Below, piece by piece: positions 47,094-57,029 of a DNA stretch of 64,000 nt. The position numbers and the translations under genes are program-made. The DNA comes from an uncultured Gammaproteobacteria bacterium. GTDB taxonomy: Bacteria; Patescibacteriota; Microgenomatia; UBA8517. Location: contig CAZBTH010000004.1 in NCBI GenBank assembly GCA_964494885.1, forward strand, positions 6,459 to 70,458, read 5' to 3'. The first letter of the stretch is position 1. Every line of letters starts with the position of its first letter. A model generated the notes under the pieces. It was given only the letters and a program-made list of their open reading frames with translations. It did no database searches and was not told where the DNA came from.

Positions 47094-48467
47094 CTATTTT
47101 GCAATGAGTCTGTATTGGGTCAATACTTGGGTCACTCCTTGAGCCAAGGGCTCCAGGGCCTTTGTTGGTGTAGTATTACCATCTGACATAGAATTTATTG
47201 CGTCACCAAAATAGTTAGCCATCTGAGAATTTATACCAGTAGGTCCATCAAAAGTTCGTGAAGCCAGATACCAACTGGATGCCCCCGGAGCCTGCGATAT
47301 AATTGAACCCAAAATAGGATGGGTATTCAAAAGGTTTGCCATATCCACTCTCGAATACGGCTCACCGAAAGATCTGACTTTAGACTCGTTTTGGAATAAC
47401 TTTTGAGCAGAATCCTGCGTACTTAAAAATTTAAGAAAGTCCCACGCCACTGCTTTTTTGGTACTTTTAGACCATACACCTTCAACCCAATATGTTGCGT
47501 AGGTTATATCAGGCTGACCTGTGCTTTCCTTAGGAAGTTGGGGAACAATAACTGTTTTAAACTTTAGGCTGGGATTTGCCTGAGTAATTTCAAAAAACCT
47601 CCAACTTGGACCAAAATACATAGCCAATTTACCTGCAGCAAATGCCTGGGTGGAGGGAGGAAGTGTGACATCCCAAACTCCGTCCATGGAAGAAAAATAA
47701 GTGAAAAAACTAAGTGCGTCCTCGGCAATTTTGCCCGTCGGGTTTGATAAATCGACCCCATTCTGAATCATCAGAAGGGCCAGAATCTCCGGCCAATGGT
47801 CCACGTTTTCGGTTCTCCCCATTGCTACCCCCGATTGGGTGATCGCCCCTTGATCATCTTTAACAGTTAATTGGCTCGCAAGACCCCTAAGCTCATCCCA
47901 TGTTGTTGGCGGGGTCTTTCCAGCCTTATTAAAAATATCCTCATTTATGTATAGCGCCAATGCATCGTATTCAAGAGGGATGCCCACTATTCCCGTACCC
48001 ACCGTGAGGTCTGAGGAGGCTACAGGGTAAAATGTTTTTGCGTATTCGGCAGGACTCATTGTCGAGAGAGGAAGAACATCGAGATCGTTTCTAAACATTG
48101 GCACCCAAGTATTATGAAATCTAAATATATCCGGGCCTGTCCCTTTTGCGAGAGCGTTGGTTAAGCGTTCCCGATAATCCTGAGGTGATTGTTTTACATA
48201 TGTAATTTTTACGTTTGGATGAGAGGACTCATATTCCGATATCAAAGAGGAAACATTGCTTTCTTCCTCCCACAAACTCCACCAAACAATTGAAGAGGAT
48301 TTTGTTGCGGGTTTAGCAAAAATTCGAAATAATACAAACACCAATACGAGAACCACTACGCCTAGTCCGACCCAAATTAAAATCTTGGGAAATTCCTTTT
48401 TTGGAAGCGGGGGAAGTATTCCAGAACTGGTTGTTTGTGGTGGTTGTGGTTTATTTTGTGGGGGCAT
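47094..48467 (-). CDS. Membrane-anchored sugar-type solute-binding protein
   Basis: GPDIF, ALYINEDIF, PTTWDEL, FAAGKLAM, AWDFLKFL. Confidence 0.88.
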   Translation of the reverse strand: MPPQNKPQPPQTTSSGILPPLPKKEFPKILIWVGLGVVVLVLVFVLFRIFAKPATKSSSIVWWSLWEEESNVSSLISEYESSHPNVKITYVKQSPQDYRERLTNALAKGTGPDIFRFHNTWVPMFRNDLDVLPLSTMSPAEYAKTFYPVASSDLTVGTGIVGIPLEYDALALYINEDIFNKAGKTPPTTWDELRGLASQLTVKDDQGAITQSGVAMGRTENVDHWPEILALLMIQNGVDLSNPTGKIAEDALSFFTYFSSMDGVWDVTLPPSTQAFAAGKLAMYFGPSWRFFEITQANPSLKFKTVIVPQLPKESTGQPDITYATYWVEGVWSKSTKKAVAWDFLKFLSTQDSAQKLFQNESKVRSFGEPYSRVDMANLLNTHPILGSIISQAPGASSWYLASRTFDGPTGINSQMANYFGDAINSMSDGNTTPTKALEPLAQGVTQVLTQYRLIAK

Positions 48468-48536
48468 ATGTTTGCGTATTTCTATTGGTTAAATGTTATC
48501 ATATGCAAACCCTGCGGGCAAAGACCCTTTATCTAT

Positions 48537-50261
48537 ATGCAAAAATTAAGACTCGCAACTCCTCTAATGATAATATCATCCATTTTTTTAGGTATATTTT
48601 CTTTCTACAATTTTAGATTTACGGATAAAATATATCCAAACACTTTTGTCGGAAGTTTCAATCTTGGTGGCTTAAAAGTAAGTGAGGCTCATGCTTTGTT
48701 GTCACGTAAGGTTTCCCCTCAAGATAAATTAGTTTTAAATAACGGAACCATGACGTTTGAAATAAGAGCAAAGGATATAGATTTATCCTATGATCTGAAT
48801 GCTTCAACCATGCGAGCATATAATCTGACCCGTACAGGAAACATTTTTTTTGACTGGGCCAAAAGAATAAATTTGTTAAGAAATCCAACATATATCGGTC
48901 TAACGACCAACTTAAATGAGGAAAAGCTTACAAAAATTTTGTCGGTAATTGCAGGGCAGGACTATGTCGAGCCAATTTCTCCATCGATCAAGATTGTCAA
49001 CGGACAAGCTGTCGTATTTGCAGGTAAAGCCGGCACCGAAATCGACCAACAAAGCCTTAGGGCCAAAATCGGAAGGAGCCTTGCCTATGCATCCGATGAA
49101 CAAATTCAAATACCCGTCGAGACAGTTGATATATCGCTAACTGATCAGGAGGCGAACGAAGCCATGATTCTTGTACAAAAATTTGTAGGTAAAAAAATCA
49201 CAATAAATTTTGAGTCCCATCGGTTTATTTTTTACGACACGGATTTACTAAAATTTTTAAACCTCAAAGGTGGGTTTGACGAGGAAACGATTAATTTTAA
49301 TCTGAGAAACATTTCCACCAGGATAAACAGGAACCCACAAAACCCAAAATTTAATTTTAACGGGGGTAAAGTAACCGAATTTTTACCAGCGCTCGACGGT
49401 GTTCTTGTTGACACCGAAGCAACTAAGGAAAAAATTATTACCTCATTTAATTTTTTAGTGGCCAATAAACAATTGGAAACATCTTTCGATTTACCTGTTA
49501 AGAGAACACCTCCGGAAATAACAACTGATAAAGTAAACAACCTTGGTATAAAAGAACTAATCGGACGTGGAACTTCAACTTATTACCACTCTATCCCCTC
49601 CCGTGTTTACAACGTGTCCCTTGCAGCCGGCCGAATTAACGGAACACTAGTGGCACCCGATGAAACTTTTTCATTTAACAACACCTTGGGGGATGTCTCT
49701 GCGTTTACAGGTTACCAACAGGCGTATATAATTTCCGGCGGAAAAACAATTCTTGGAGACGGTGGTGGAGTATGTCAAGTTTCGACAACCCTCTTTAGAG
49801 CGGTTTTAAACGCTGGCCTTCCTATTACTGAAAGGGCTGCACATGCGTATCGCGTCGGTTATTACGAACAGGGTTCATCCCCTGGGCTAGATGCTACGGT
49901 TTATGGACCGTCACCGGATTTTAAGTTTATCAACAACACTCAAAACTATGTGTTAATTGAGTCTTATGTCGATCCAAAACACTACTCTCTGGCCATCGAA
50001 ATCTATGGAACCAGCGATGGAAGGGTCGCCACTGTTACAAAACCCGTGATTTCAAATGTCATTTCCTCTCTCCCGACCGTCTATCAGGACGACCCAACCC
50101 TTCCGGCCGGAAGTGTCAAACAGATTGACTATGCTGCTTCAGGAGCCAGGGTCTCGTTCAGTTATACTGTTAAACGTGCAGGTGAAGTAATTTTTGAAAA
50201 ATTTTTTGTCAGCAATTATCGTCCATGGGCGGCGGTTTATCTCCGCGGGACAAAAATCTAG
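48537..50261 (+). CDS. VanW-family protein with PG-binding and G5-like regions
   Basis: FSFNNTLG, GGGVCQVSTTL, GLDATV. Confidence 0.92.
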   Translation: MQKLRLATPLMIISSIFLGIFSFYNFRFTDKIYPNTFVGSFNLGGLKVSEAHALLSRKVSPQDKLVLNNGTMTFEIRAKDIDLSYDLNASTMRAYNLTRTGNIFFDWAKRINLLRNPTYIGLTTNLNEEKLTKILSVIAGQDYVEPISPSIKIVNGQAVVFAGKAGTEIDQQSLRAKIGRSLAYASDEQIQIPVETVDISLTDQEANEAMILVQKFVGKKITINFESHRFIFYDTDLLKFLNLKGGFDEETINFNLRNISTRINRNPQNPKFNFNGGKVTEFLPALDGVLVDTEATKEKIITSFNFLVANKQLETSFDLPVKRTPPEITTDKVNNLGIKELIGRGTSTYYHSIPSRVYNVSLAAGRINGTLVAPDETFSFNNTLGDVSAFTGYQQAYIISGGKTILGDGGGVCQVSTTLFRAVLNAGLPITERAAHAYRVGYYEQGSSPGLDATVYGPSPDFKFINNTQNYVLIESYVDPKHYSLAIEIYGTSDGRVATVTKPVISNVISSLPTVYQDDPTLPAGSVKQIDYAASGARVSFSYTVKRAGEVIFEKFFVSNYRPWAAVYLRGTKI

Positions 50262-50273
50262 TATAATTGCCTC

Positions 50274-50918
50274 ATGGACATCGTTTCGGTTTTAGACTCA
50301 GTAGCACTTCTTTTTGAAAAATACGGATATTTAATTATTTTTTTGGGATCTCTAATTGAAATTACCCCCTTTGCATGGGCAGTACCAGGGGGAGGAATTT
50401 TGATTATAGCTGGCTATATTTCCAACGGCGACCAGCAGTTGCCTGTAATCCCCGTAATTATTATCGGAACACTCGGAGCTTGGCTGGCATTTTTACTTGC
50501 TTATATGTTTGGTAAAGAAACCGGAATGTGGCTTGTTAAGAAACTTCATCAAGAAAGAAATGCTAAATTTGCCAAACAACTGTTACAAAAAAATGGTGCG
50601 GTAATTTTGACAACTTCCATGATGGCAAACTTAACAAGATTCTGGATCAGTTATATTGCAGGTGTTGAGAAGTATAACTTCTGGAAATTCAATTTGTATG
50701 CAGTTGGAGCTTCTTTAAGCTGGGTTTCTTTGATGACTTTAATCGGCTATTTTGCCGGATACCAAAAAGAGGATTTAAAAAATGTGGTTAGCAGCATCGG
50801 GATACTGGCCTGGATATTTTTGGTGATAGCTGTTCTTGTGATATTTAAAGCCATAAAACACGAATATAAACACTTTAAGGACGATGAACCCCACGATGAA
50901 AGTCATAAACAAGTTTGA
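50274..50918 (+). CDS. DedA-family membrane protein
   Basis: YGY.IIF...IE...PG, AG...F..F. Confidence 0.88.
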   Translation: MDIVSVLDSVALLFEKYGYLIIFLGSLIEITPFAWAVPGGGILIIAGYISNGDQQLPVIPVIIIGTLGAWLAFLLAYMFGKETGMWLVKKLHQERNAKFAKQLLQKNGAVILTTSMMANLTRFWISYIAGVEKYNFWKFNLYAVGASLSWVSLMTLIGYFAGYQKEDLKNVVSSIGILAWIFLVIAVLVIFKAIKHEYKHFKDDEPHDESHKQV

Positions 50919-51945
50919 TAACAAATTAATAATAGGTGTTCTAAAACAAGGAGGTCTTGTGATATTTCCCTGCGAAACTGTTTATGGCGCCGCCGTTGAT
51001 TCATCAAATAAAAATGCCGTTAAAAAATTAAATAAATATAAAAAACGCCCTTTCGGAAAACCATATGCAATTATGTGCGCCGATCAAAAAATGGCGGAGA
51101 AATACGTTGAGTTGAATGCAACCGCCAAAAATCTCTATCGCACATTTCTCCCCGGCCCGGTCACCGTAATTTCAAAAGGTAAAGGTAAAGTTACAAAGGG
51201 AATAGAATCTGAGACCGGAACACTAGGTATCAGAATTCCTGATTATACCGATCTCTTAAAATTAATTACTGAATTCGAAAGGCCGATTGTGGCCACAAGC
51301 GCCAACTCTTCTTATCAAAAACGCCCCTACCAAATATCGGATGTATTAAATAACATTTCTAACAAGCAAAAGGGGTTAGTCGATTTGATAATTGACGTTG
51401 GTAAACTACCCCACAATGAACCGTCAACAGTAATCGATACCACACTGGATGAAGCGGTTGTTCTACGGCAAGGCGACATTAAACTCAAAGACAGAAATGA
51501 AGTTCTGAGTAGGGGTGAGGAAAATACTCAAAATGTGGGTAAAGAGCTTTGGCAAAAATACGAAAGTTATGTCGGGAAGCGTGCAATTGTCTTTGCACTT
51601 CAAGGAGAAATGGGGGCAGGCAAAACTCAGTTTACAAAAGGTCTCGCCCGTGCCATGGGTATAAAAGAACTGGTAACCTCCCCTACTTATGCATTGGAAA
51701 ATGAATACAAGGGAGAAAACGGAAGTTTGGTTCATATCGATGCCTGGCGATTTGAAAATTCGGACGAGCTTAAGCTTTTGGGTTTTGCTGATCTAATTAA
51801 AAATAAGTCTATTGTTTCCGTGGAATGGGCTGACCGTGTCACCGATGTTGTACGTGAATTTGACGACGAGGCAATAGTCATTTGGGTAAGAATTGCCTTA
51901 GGTAAAACTGAGGGTGAAAGGTTTATCAGTTGGGGAAATATTTAA
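50896..51945 (+). CDS. tsaC-tsaE: Fused TsaC (Sua5/YrdC) and TsaE
   Basis: PCETVYG, KKRP, PGPVT, ATSAN; then GEMGAGKT, VTSPTY, HIDAWR, VEWAD. Confidence 0.9.
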   Translation: MKVINKFDNKLIIGVLKQGGLVIFPCETVYGAAVDSSNKNAVKKLNKYKKRPFGKPYAIMCADQKMAEKYVELNATAKNLYRTFLPGPVTVISKGKGKVTKGIESETGTLGIRIPDYTDLLKLITEFERPIVATSANSSYQKRPYQISDVLNNISNKQKGLVDLIIDVGKLPHNEPSTVIDTTLDEAVVLRQGDIKLKDRNEVLSRGEENTQNVGKELWQKYESYVGKRAIVFALQGEMGAGKTQFTKGLARAMGIKELVTSPTYALENEYKGENGSLVHIDAWRFENSDELKLLGFADLIKNKSIVSVEWADRVTDVVREFDDEAIVIWVRIALGKTEGERFISWGNI

Positions 51946-51948
51946 AAA

Positions 51949-52455
51949 ATGAAAGAGATATACCAACAATCATATGTAGCTTTTCCAATTAAAGAAGGCT
52001 CATTACTTAAATATATTAGAACAATAAATCCAAATAAAAAATTTGCTCATTTTACTGTACAGATGCTTGATCAGGTTGACGACGACAAACTTCTTCAAGT
52101 CAAAGACTTAATTCTCGCCAACGGAAATTTGATTGCAAACACCATACTAAGACCACAAGAATTGGACATTGTCGGAATACACGGAAAAACATTAGTCTTA
52201 AAAATTGAAAAAACACGGGAGATAGAAGAGTTGCACAAACTTTTTGAGGATAATTTTGGTATAACTAACGGCAGGCAAATCGAATTTTTACCACACATAT
52301 CTATTTATAAGGATTACAGGAGATCCGGAAGTATAAAACTTCCCAAGAATGCTTACACCATTAATAGTAAGGGCTCTTACCGACCTGAAAATATAGGTAT
52401 TTATTACAGAACTGAAGAAAACGCCACAGCCTTATTGTTTTCCCACAAAATATGA
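51949..52455 (+). CDS. 2H-phosphoesterase (2'-5' RNA ligase-like) protein
   Basis: Two Hx(T/S) motifs: AHFTV and PHISI. Confidence 0.7.
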   Translation: MKEIYQQSYVAFPIKEGSLLKYIRTINPNKKFAHFTVQMLDQVDDDKLLQVKDLILANGNLIANTILRPQELDIVGIHGKTLVLKIEKTREIEELHKLFEDNFGITNGRQIEFLPHISIYKDYRRSGSIKLPKNAYTINSKGSYRPENIGIYYRTEENATALLFSHKI

Positions 52456-53492
52456 CAATCCTATCTATCGATACATCGTGTGATGAAACAGCTTGTGCTA
52501 TTACCAGTGACACAAAAATTTTATCCAATGTTATTTGGTCACAGGTAAAAGATCATGCAAATTTTGGGGGCGTGATGCCGTCGCTAGCTCAACGCATGCA
52601 CCAAGAAAGAATAGATTTTGTGGTCAATAAGGCTCTAACCAATGCTCACTGTTCACCGTCCACCGTTGATTATATCGCCGTGACCGTTGGTCCAGGATTG
52701 TCCATCGCACTTGGGGTTGGAGTAAACAAAGCAAAAGAACTGGCAAATAAATATAATAAAAAATTAATTGCTGTGAACCACCTGGAAGGACACCTGCTCT
52801 CTGTTTTTGCAAATAACAAATTACAAATATCAAATGTCAAATTCCCAATGATGGGACTGGTAGTATCTGGGGGAAATACTCTTCTCGTAAAAATTAATAA
52901 AATAGGAGAGTATGAAACGCTGGCCCAAACAGCCGATGACGCACTTGGTGAGGCATTAGATAAAGCCGCAAGAATGTTGGGCCTGGGTTACCCTGGTGGG
53001 GCCATATTAGAAAAATTTGCAAAGTTGGGGGATCCTGCAAAATATAAACTTCCAATTCCAATGGTCGGACAGGAACAAAGAAAAATTTTTTCATATTCTG
53101 GACTGAAGACTTCAATGATGAGAAAGATACAAGAATTAAGAATCAAGAATGAAAAAATAAGCAAACAAGACGTTTACGACTTAGCCGCTAGTTTCCAAAA
53201 CGCTGCTTTCTCTCATTTGATCCGTGTCGTGCAGTATGCCATAAGCCATATGCCATATGACATAAAGCATTTGCTTGTCGGAGGGGGTGTTTCTGCTAAT
53301 ATCGAAATTAGAAAGCGATTAAGACATATGGGCGAACAATTTGATTTTAAAGTGTCTTTTCCTTATTCCAAGAAACTAACAGGTGATAATGCCGCAATGA
53401 TTGGAATCGCGGCTTATTTCAAAGCGCAAAGAGGAGAATTTGTTAATCCCAAAACCATTGGTCGAATTCCCAACCTAAAAATTGATGGCTAA
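52452..53492 (+). CDS. tsaD: tRNA threonylcarbamoyltransferase TsaD
   Basis: IDTSCDET, GPG, NHLEGH, DDALGEALDK, SYSGLKT, DNAAMI. Confidence 0.97.
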   Translation: MTILSIDTSCDETACAITSDTKILSNVIWSQVKDHANFGGVMPSLAQRMHQERIDFVVNKALTNAHCSPSTVDYIAVTVGPGLSIALGVGVNKAKELANKYNKKLIAVNHLEGHLLSVFANNKLQISNVKFPMMGLVVSGGNTLLVKINKIGEYETLAQTADDALGEALDKAARMLGLGYPGGAILEKFAKLGDPAKYKLPIPMVGQEQRKIFSYSGLKTSMMRKIQELRIKNEKISKQDVYDLAASFQNAAFSHLIRVVQYAISHMPYDIKHLLVGGGVSANIEIRKRLRHMGEQFDFKVSFPYSKKLTGDNAAMIGIAAYFKAQRGEFVNPKTIGRIPNLKIDG

Positions 53493-53520
53493 TTTTCTCC
53501 GATTAGATTATAATTCAGCC

Positions 53521-55653
53521 ATGGACCCTCAGTATGACCATTCAAAATACGAATCGGATATTTACAATAAATGGGAAAAGTCTGGCTCTTTTTCACCACA
53601 GACCTCTGCTCACGGCTTGCCGTTCACTGTGATTATGCCTCCCCCCAATGCCAACGACCCGCTTCATATTGGTCACGCAAGATTTATCGCGATTGAAGAT
53701 ACATTAATCCGCTACCACCGCATGAAGGGTGAACAAACTCTATGGCTTCCGGGAAGCGACCATGCAGGTATCGAAACTCAATATGTTTTTGAGAAAAAAC
53801 TGGCCAAGGAAGATAAAAGCAGGTTTGATTTTGACCGCGACACCCTCTACAAAATGATTTGGGGTTATGTTCAGAACAATACAGGGGTAATGGAATCTCA
53901 ACTTAAAAAACTCGGCGCTTCTTGCGACTGGAACAGATTTAAATTCACACTTGACCCTGAAATTGTAAAAATTGTCTATAAAACATTTAAAAAATTAGAA
54001 ATCGACGGACTTCTTTATAGAGGAGAAAGGATAGTTAATTACTGCTCTAGGTGTGGTACCGCCTATTCACAGCTCGAGGTTGACTATGTTGAAAAAGACC
54101 ATAATCTATATTATTTGGACTATGGAACCGTAACTATAGCAACCACCCGTCCGGAAACTATATTTGCAGATGTGGCAGTTGCAGTTAATCCGAAAGATGT
54201 AAAATACAAAAATCTTGTCGGTTTAACCGCAAAAATACCGCTAATTAACCGCGATGTTCCGATAATTACGGATAAGCTGGTAGATGTAACTTTTGGGACA
54301 GGCGCACTCAAAATAACACCCGCGCATGATCCCATAGATTTCGAAATTGGAAAATCAAATAAATTACCGTTAATTTCGGTAATCGATGAAAAAGGTAGGA
54401 TGACAGGCACGCCGGAGAAATATATTGGCATGAAAGTACTCACCGCCCGTGAAGAAGTAGTCAAAGACCTTGAACTAGCAGGAAAGGTAAAGAAAATTGA
54501 AAAAATTCATCACACCGTTGGAACTTGTTATCGGGATCACGGAATTTTGGAACCGATGGTTTCAAAGCAATGGTATATCAAAGTTGAACCATTAGCCAAA
54601 AAGGTATTGACTTCAATTAAAAACAAAGAAGTTAAGTTTACGGCCAAAAAATATGAAAAGATTGCAATTCACTGGCTTAAAAACTTAAGGGATTGGAATA
54701 TAAGCCGTCAAATAGTCTGGGGCATAAGAATTCCTGCGTATAGATGTGGAGGGTGTATGGAGTGGAATATCACAGACGGTGAAATCCCGGCTAAGTGTAA
54801 CAAATGCGGCAATGGGGTTTTGACACAAGACACTGACACTTTTGATACCTGGTTTTCTTCCGGACAATGGCCGTTCGCTACATTACAAACCACCAACCCT
54901 GGAGATTTTGAAAAATATTACCCGACAAGTGTCATGAATACCGGTTACGACATTCTCCCCTTCTGGGTAATTAGAATGCTTATGCTTGGCATTTTCACAA
55001 CGGGGAAGGTCCCTTTTGAAACAGTTTTACTTCACGGACTGGTTCGGGATAAAGAAGGGCTTAAGATCAGCAAATCTAAAGGAAATGGTATTGATCCAGT
55101 ACTAATGTCTGAAAAATACGGCGCTGACGCTTTGCGTATGGGACTTCTTTGGGGCGCTTTAGTTGAAAACGACGTGACACTTTCCGAAGACAAAATTAAC
55201 GGACAAAGGAAATTTGCCAATAAAATTTGGAATATTGCGAGGTTTGTTCTTTCGAACAAACAGAGTGAAAGAGTGAAAGAGTTAAAGAGTAAAAGTAAAA
55301 ACACAGACGACGAATGGATACTAAAGGAACTTAAAGAAACTACAAAGAAGGTTACAAAAGCTCTTAATAAATACAGACTTAATGAAGCGGCCGAAGAAAT
55401 CTACGATTTTATTTGGCACAAATTTGCAGATATTTATATTGAAAAAGTAAAAGGGCCTTTCGACAAAGAATCCGGTAAGCTAACTGTCCGTGAAAGCGCA
55501 ATTCCCACTCTCTACAAAGTGCTTGAGTCCGGCCTTAAACTTCTTCATCCTTTTATGCCTTTTGTCACAGAACAAGTTTGGCATGAGATGGGAAACAGGG
55601 ATCTTCTTATCGCGTCAGCGTGGCCAATTACTACGGAGTGGCCAGAGGTGTAG
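53521..55653 (+). CDS. valS: Valyl-tRNA synthetase (no C-terminal coiled coil)
   Basis: PPPN, HIGH, DHAGI, TTRPET, DWNISRQ, DTWFSS, KISKS. Confidence 0.97.
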   Translation: MDPQYDHSKYESDIYNKWEKSGSFSPQTSAHGLPFTVIMPPPNANDPLHIGHARFIAIEDTLIRYHRMKGEQTLWLPGSDHAGIETQYVFEKKLAKEDKSRFDFDRDTLYKMIWGYVQNNTGVMESQLKKLGASCDWNRFKFTLDPEIVKIVYKTFKKLEIDGLLYRGERIVNYCSRCGTAYSQLEVDYVEKDHNLYYLDYGTVTIATTRPETIFADVAVAVNPKDVKYKNLVGLTAKIPLINRDVPIITDKLVDVTFGTGALKITPAHDPIDFEIGKSNKLPLISVIDEKGRMTGTPEKYIGMKVLTAREEVVKDLELAGKVKKIEKIHHTVGTCYRDHGILEPMVSKQWYIKVEPLAKKVLTSIKNKEVKFTAKKYEKIAIHWLKNLRDWNISRQIVWGIRIPAYRCGGCMEWNITDGEIPAKCNKCGNGVLTQDTDTFDTWFSSGQWPFATLQTTNPGDFEKYYPTSVMNTGYDILPFWVIRMLMLGIFTTGKVPFETVLLHGLVRDKEGLKISKSKGNGIDPVLMSEKYGADALRMGLLWGALVENDVTLSEDKINGQRKFANKIWNIARFVLSNKQSERVKELKSKSKNTDDEWILKELKETTKKVTKALNKYRLNEAAEEIYDFIWHKFADIYIEKVKGPFDKESGKLTVRESAIPTLYKVLESGLKLLHPFMPFVTEQVWHEMGNRDLLIASAWPITTEWPEV

Positions 55654-56041
55654 CCGAAGGGGAAGCCGTCGCACTTGAGGTGGCCTCCGGTGCAAACGAG
55701 GGAGTCGCTTCAGGTGAATTCGTAGGCACTACAGTTTGTATCGGTGTTGCTACAGGTGTTGGGGTGGAAACCTGCTTCAGAGAACCGGTAAAAAACTTTG
55801 ACCCAACCATGTAGGCAACCGCAACCACAAGTGAAACCGCAAGAAGAACCATGGAAATAATTAAAAGAGGGGAATTCTTTTTTTGTGGTGGAGCTGAAAG
55901 CGGAGGTTCTGCAGTAGTACTAATCGGAGGGGGCGATACCACCTGAGGAGTAACCTCCGGCGGAACCGCAATGGGTTGCTGAGGAGCTTGAGGAAAATTC
56001 TGTAAATTTTCCCCTTGCGGCATCGGGTTATTCGGATCCAT
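55631..56041 (-). CDS. Pro/Thr-rich single-TM protein
   Basis: Pro-rich N-terminus, TM, PT tail. Confidence 0.7.
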   Translation of the reverse strand: MDPNNPMPQGENLQNFPQAPQQPIAVPPEVTPQVVSPPPISTTAEPPLSAPPQKKNSPLLIISMVLLAVSLVVAVAYMVGSKFFTGSLKQVSTPTPVATPIQTVVPTNSPEATPSFAPEATSSATASPSATPLATP

Positions 56042-56056
56042 AATTTACATTAACAC

Positions 56057-56326
56057 ATGTCATATAAAAAGGTCAAACAAAGCTTTGTACAATTTTTTAT
56101 TTATGCTCTTTTGTTATTAGTTCTCTTTCTTTCAGCGTTTGATATCGGCATCTTTCTTAAGTTAAAGAGAGAAGTATTGGGAGTAAAAACATCAAACAAT
56201 GAACAAGCCTTTTGGACGGATTTCACAAATAATCACCCGAAATACATTCCTGGATGGATTGAGCTTGGGAGAATGGAAAAGGTTAGAGAAATAGACCCAA
56301 ATTACATACCAGATACTAGTTACTAG
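56057..56326 (+). CDS. Small membrane protein
   Basis: TM, VLGV, HPKY..GW...IDPN. Confidence 0.7.
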   Translation: MSYKKVKQSFVQFFIYALLLLVLFLSAFDIGIFLKLKREVLGVKTSNNEQAFWTDFTNNHPKYIPGWIELGRMEKVREIDPNYIPDTSY

Positions 56327-56336
56327 AAACTAGATA

Positions 56337-57026
56337 CTAGCCTTTGGGTTCTTCCTTAGGGGCTTCTGCGGGTTGCTCGCCCTTCTGTCCTTCGGCAGGC
56401 TCGGGACCTTCGGCAACCACTTCGCCTTCAGCACCAACGGGAACTATTGGGGTCTCCACCACTTCCTCTTTTTGGGGAGGTTCGACTTTAACTACTATTT
56501 CTTCCTCTTCAGTTTTTATATCGACCTTTGTCCTATCAACCTTAAGGTTTTTAACTAAAATAGATTGATCAATCTCAGCTAATTCGGATGTATCAACGAC
56601 AAATTTCTCGGGTAAATCCGTAGGAAGCGCTTCAACTTTGATTTCGTTAATATACTGGACAACGGTTCCCAAAGCCTGTTTTTCGGCCGGAGATTCACCG
56701 ATAAGCTCTACCGGAACATCTGCCTCAACTTTTTGCTTAAGATCTACCTGAAGAAAGTCTATATGCAACACCTCATCGGTTTTAGAATTCTTTTGAACAT
56801 TGTGGACTAAAACAGGTCTCTTATCTCCCTTTATATCTAATTCTACTAGCCCGGTTTCACCAACCTCCTTATACACACTATCAAAATCTTTCAATAAAAC
56901 CTGTATTGCAAAGGACTTAATTTTTTTGCCCGATATGTTACTTGGAATCAATCCGCTTTGTCTAAGTGTTTTGACCTTACGTCCTGAAATCTTCCTCTCT
57001 TCTGCTTTTAGTGTTTTTTTGTCCAT
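56337..57026 (-). CDS. rplY: 50S ribosomal protein L25/Ctc
   Basis: LR.SG.IP, LHIDF, VPVELIGE. Confidence 0.95.
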   Translation of the reverse strand: MDKKTLKAEERKISGRKVKTLRQSGLIPSNISGKKIKSFAIQVLLKDFDSVYKEVGETGLVELDIKGDKRPVLVHNVQKNSKTDEVLHIDFLQVDLKQKVEADVPVELIGESPAEKQALGTVVQYINEIKVEALPTDLPEKFVVDTSELAEIDQSILVKNLKVDRTKVDIKTEEEEIVVKVEPPQKEEVVETPIVPVGAEGEVVAEGPEPAEGQKGEQPAEAPKEEPKG

Positions 57027-57029
57027 TTT

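Noticed and set aside
55618-55653. Apparent duplicated WP ending of ValS
   Set aside because: Too short, and it overlaps the convergent gene's coding sequence
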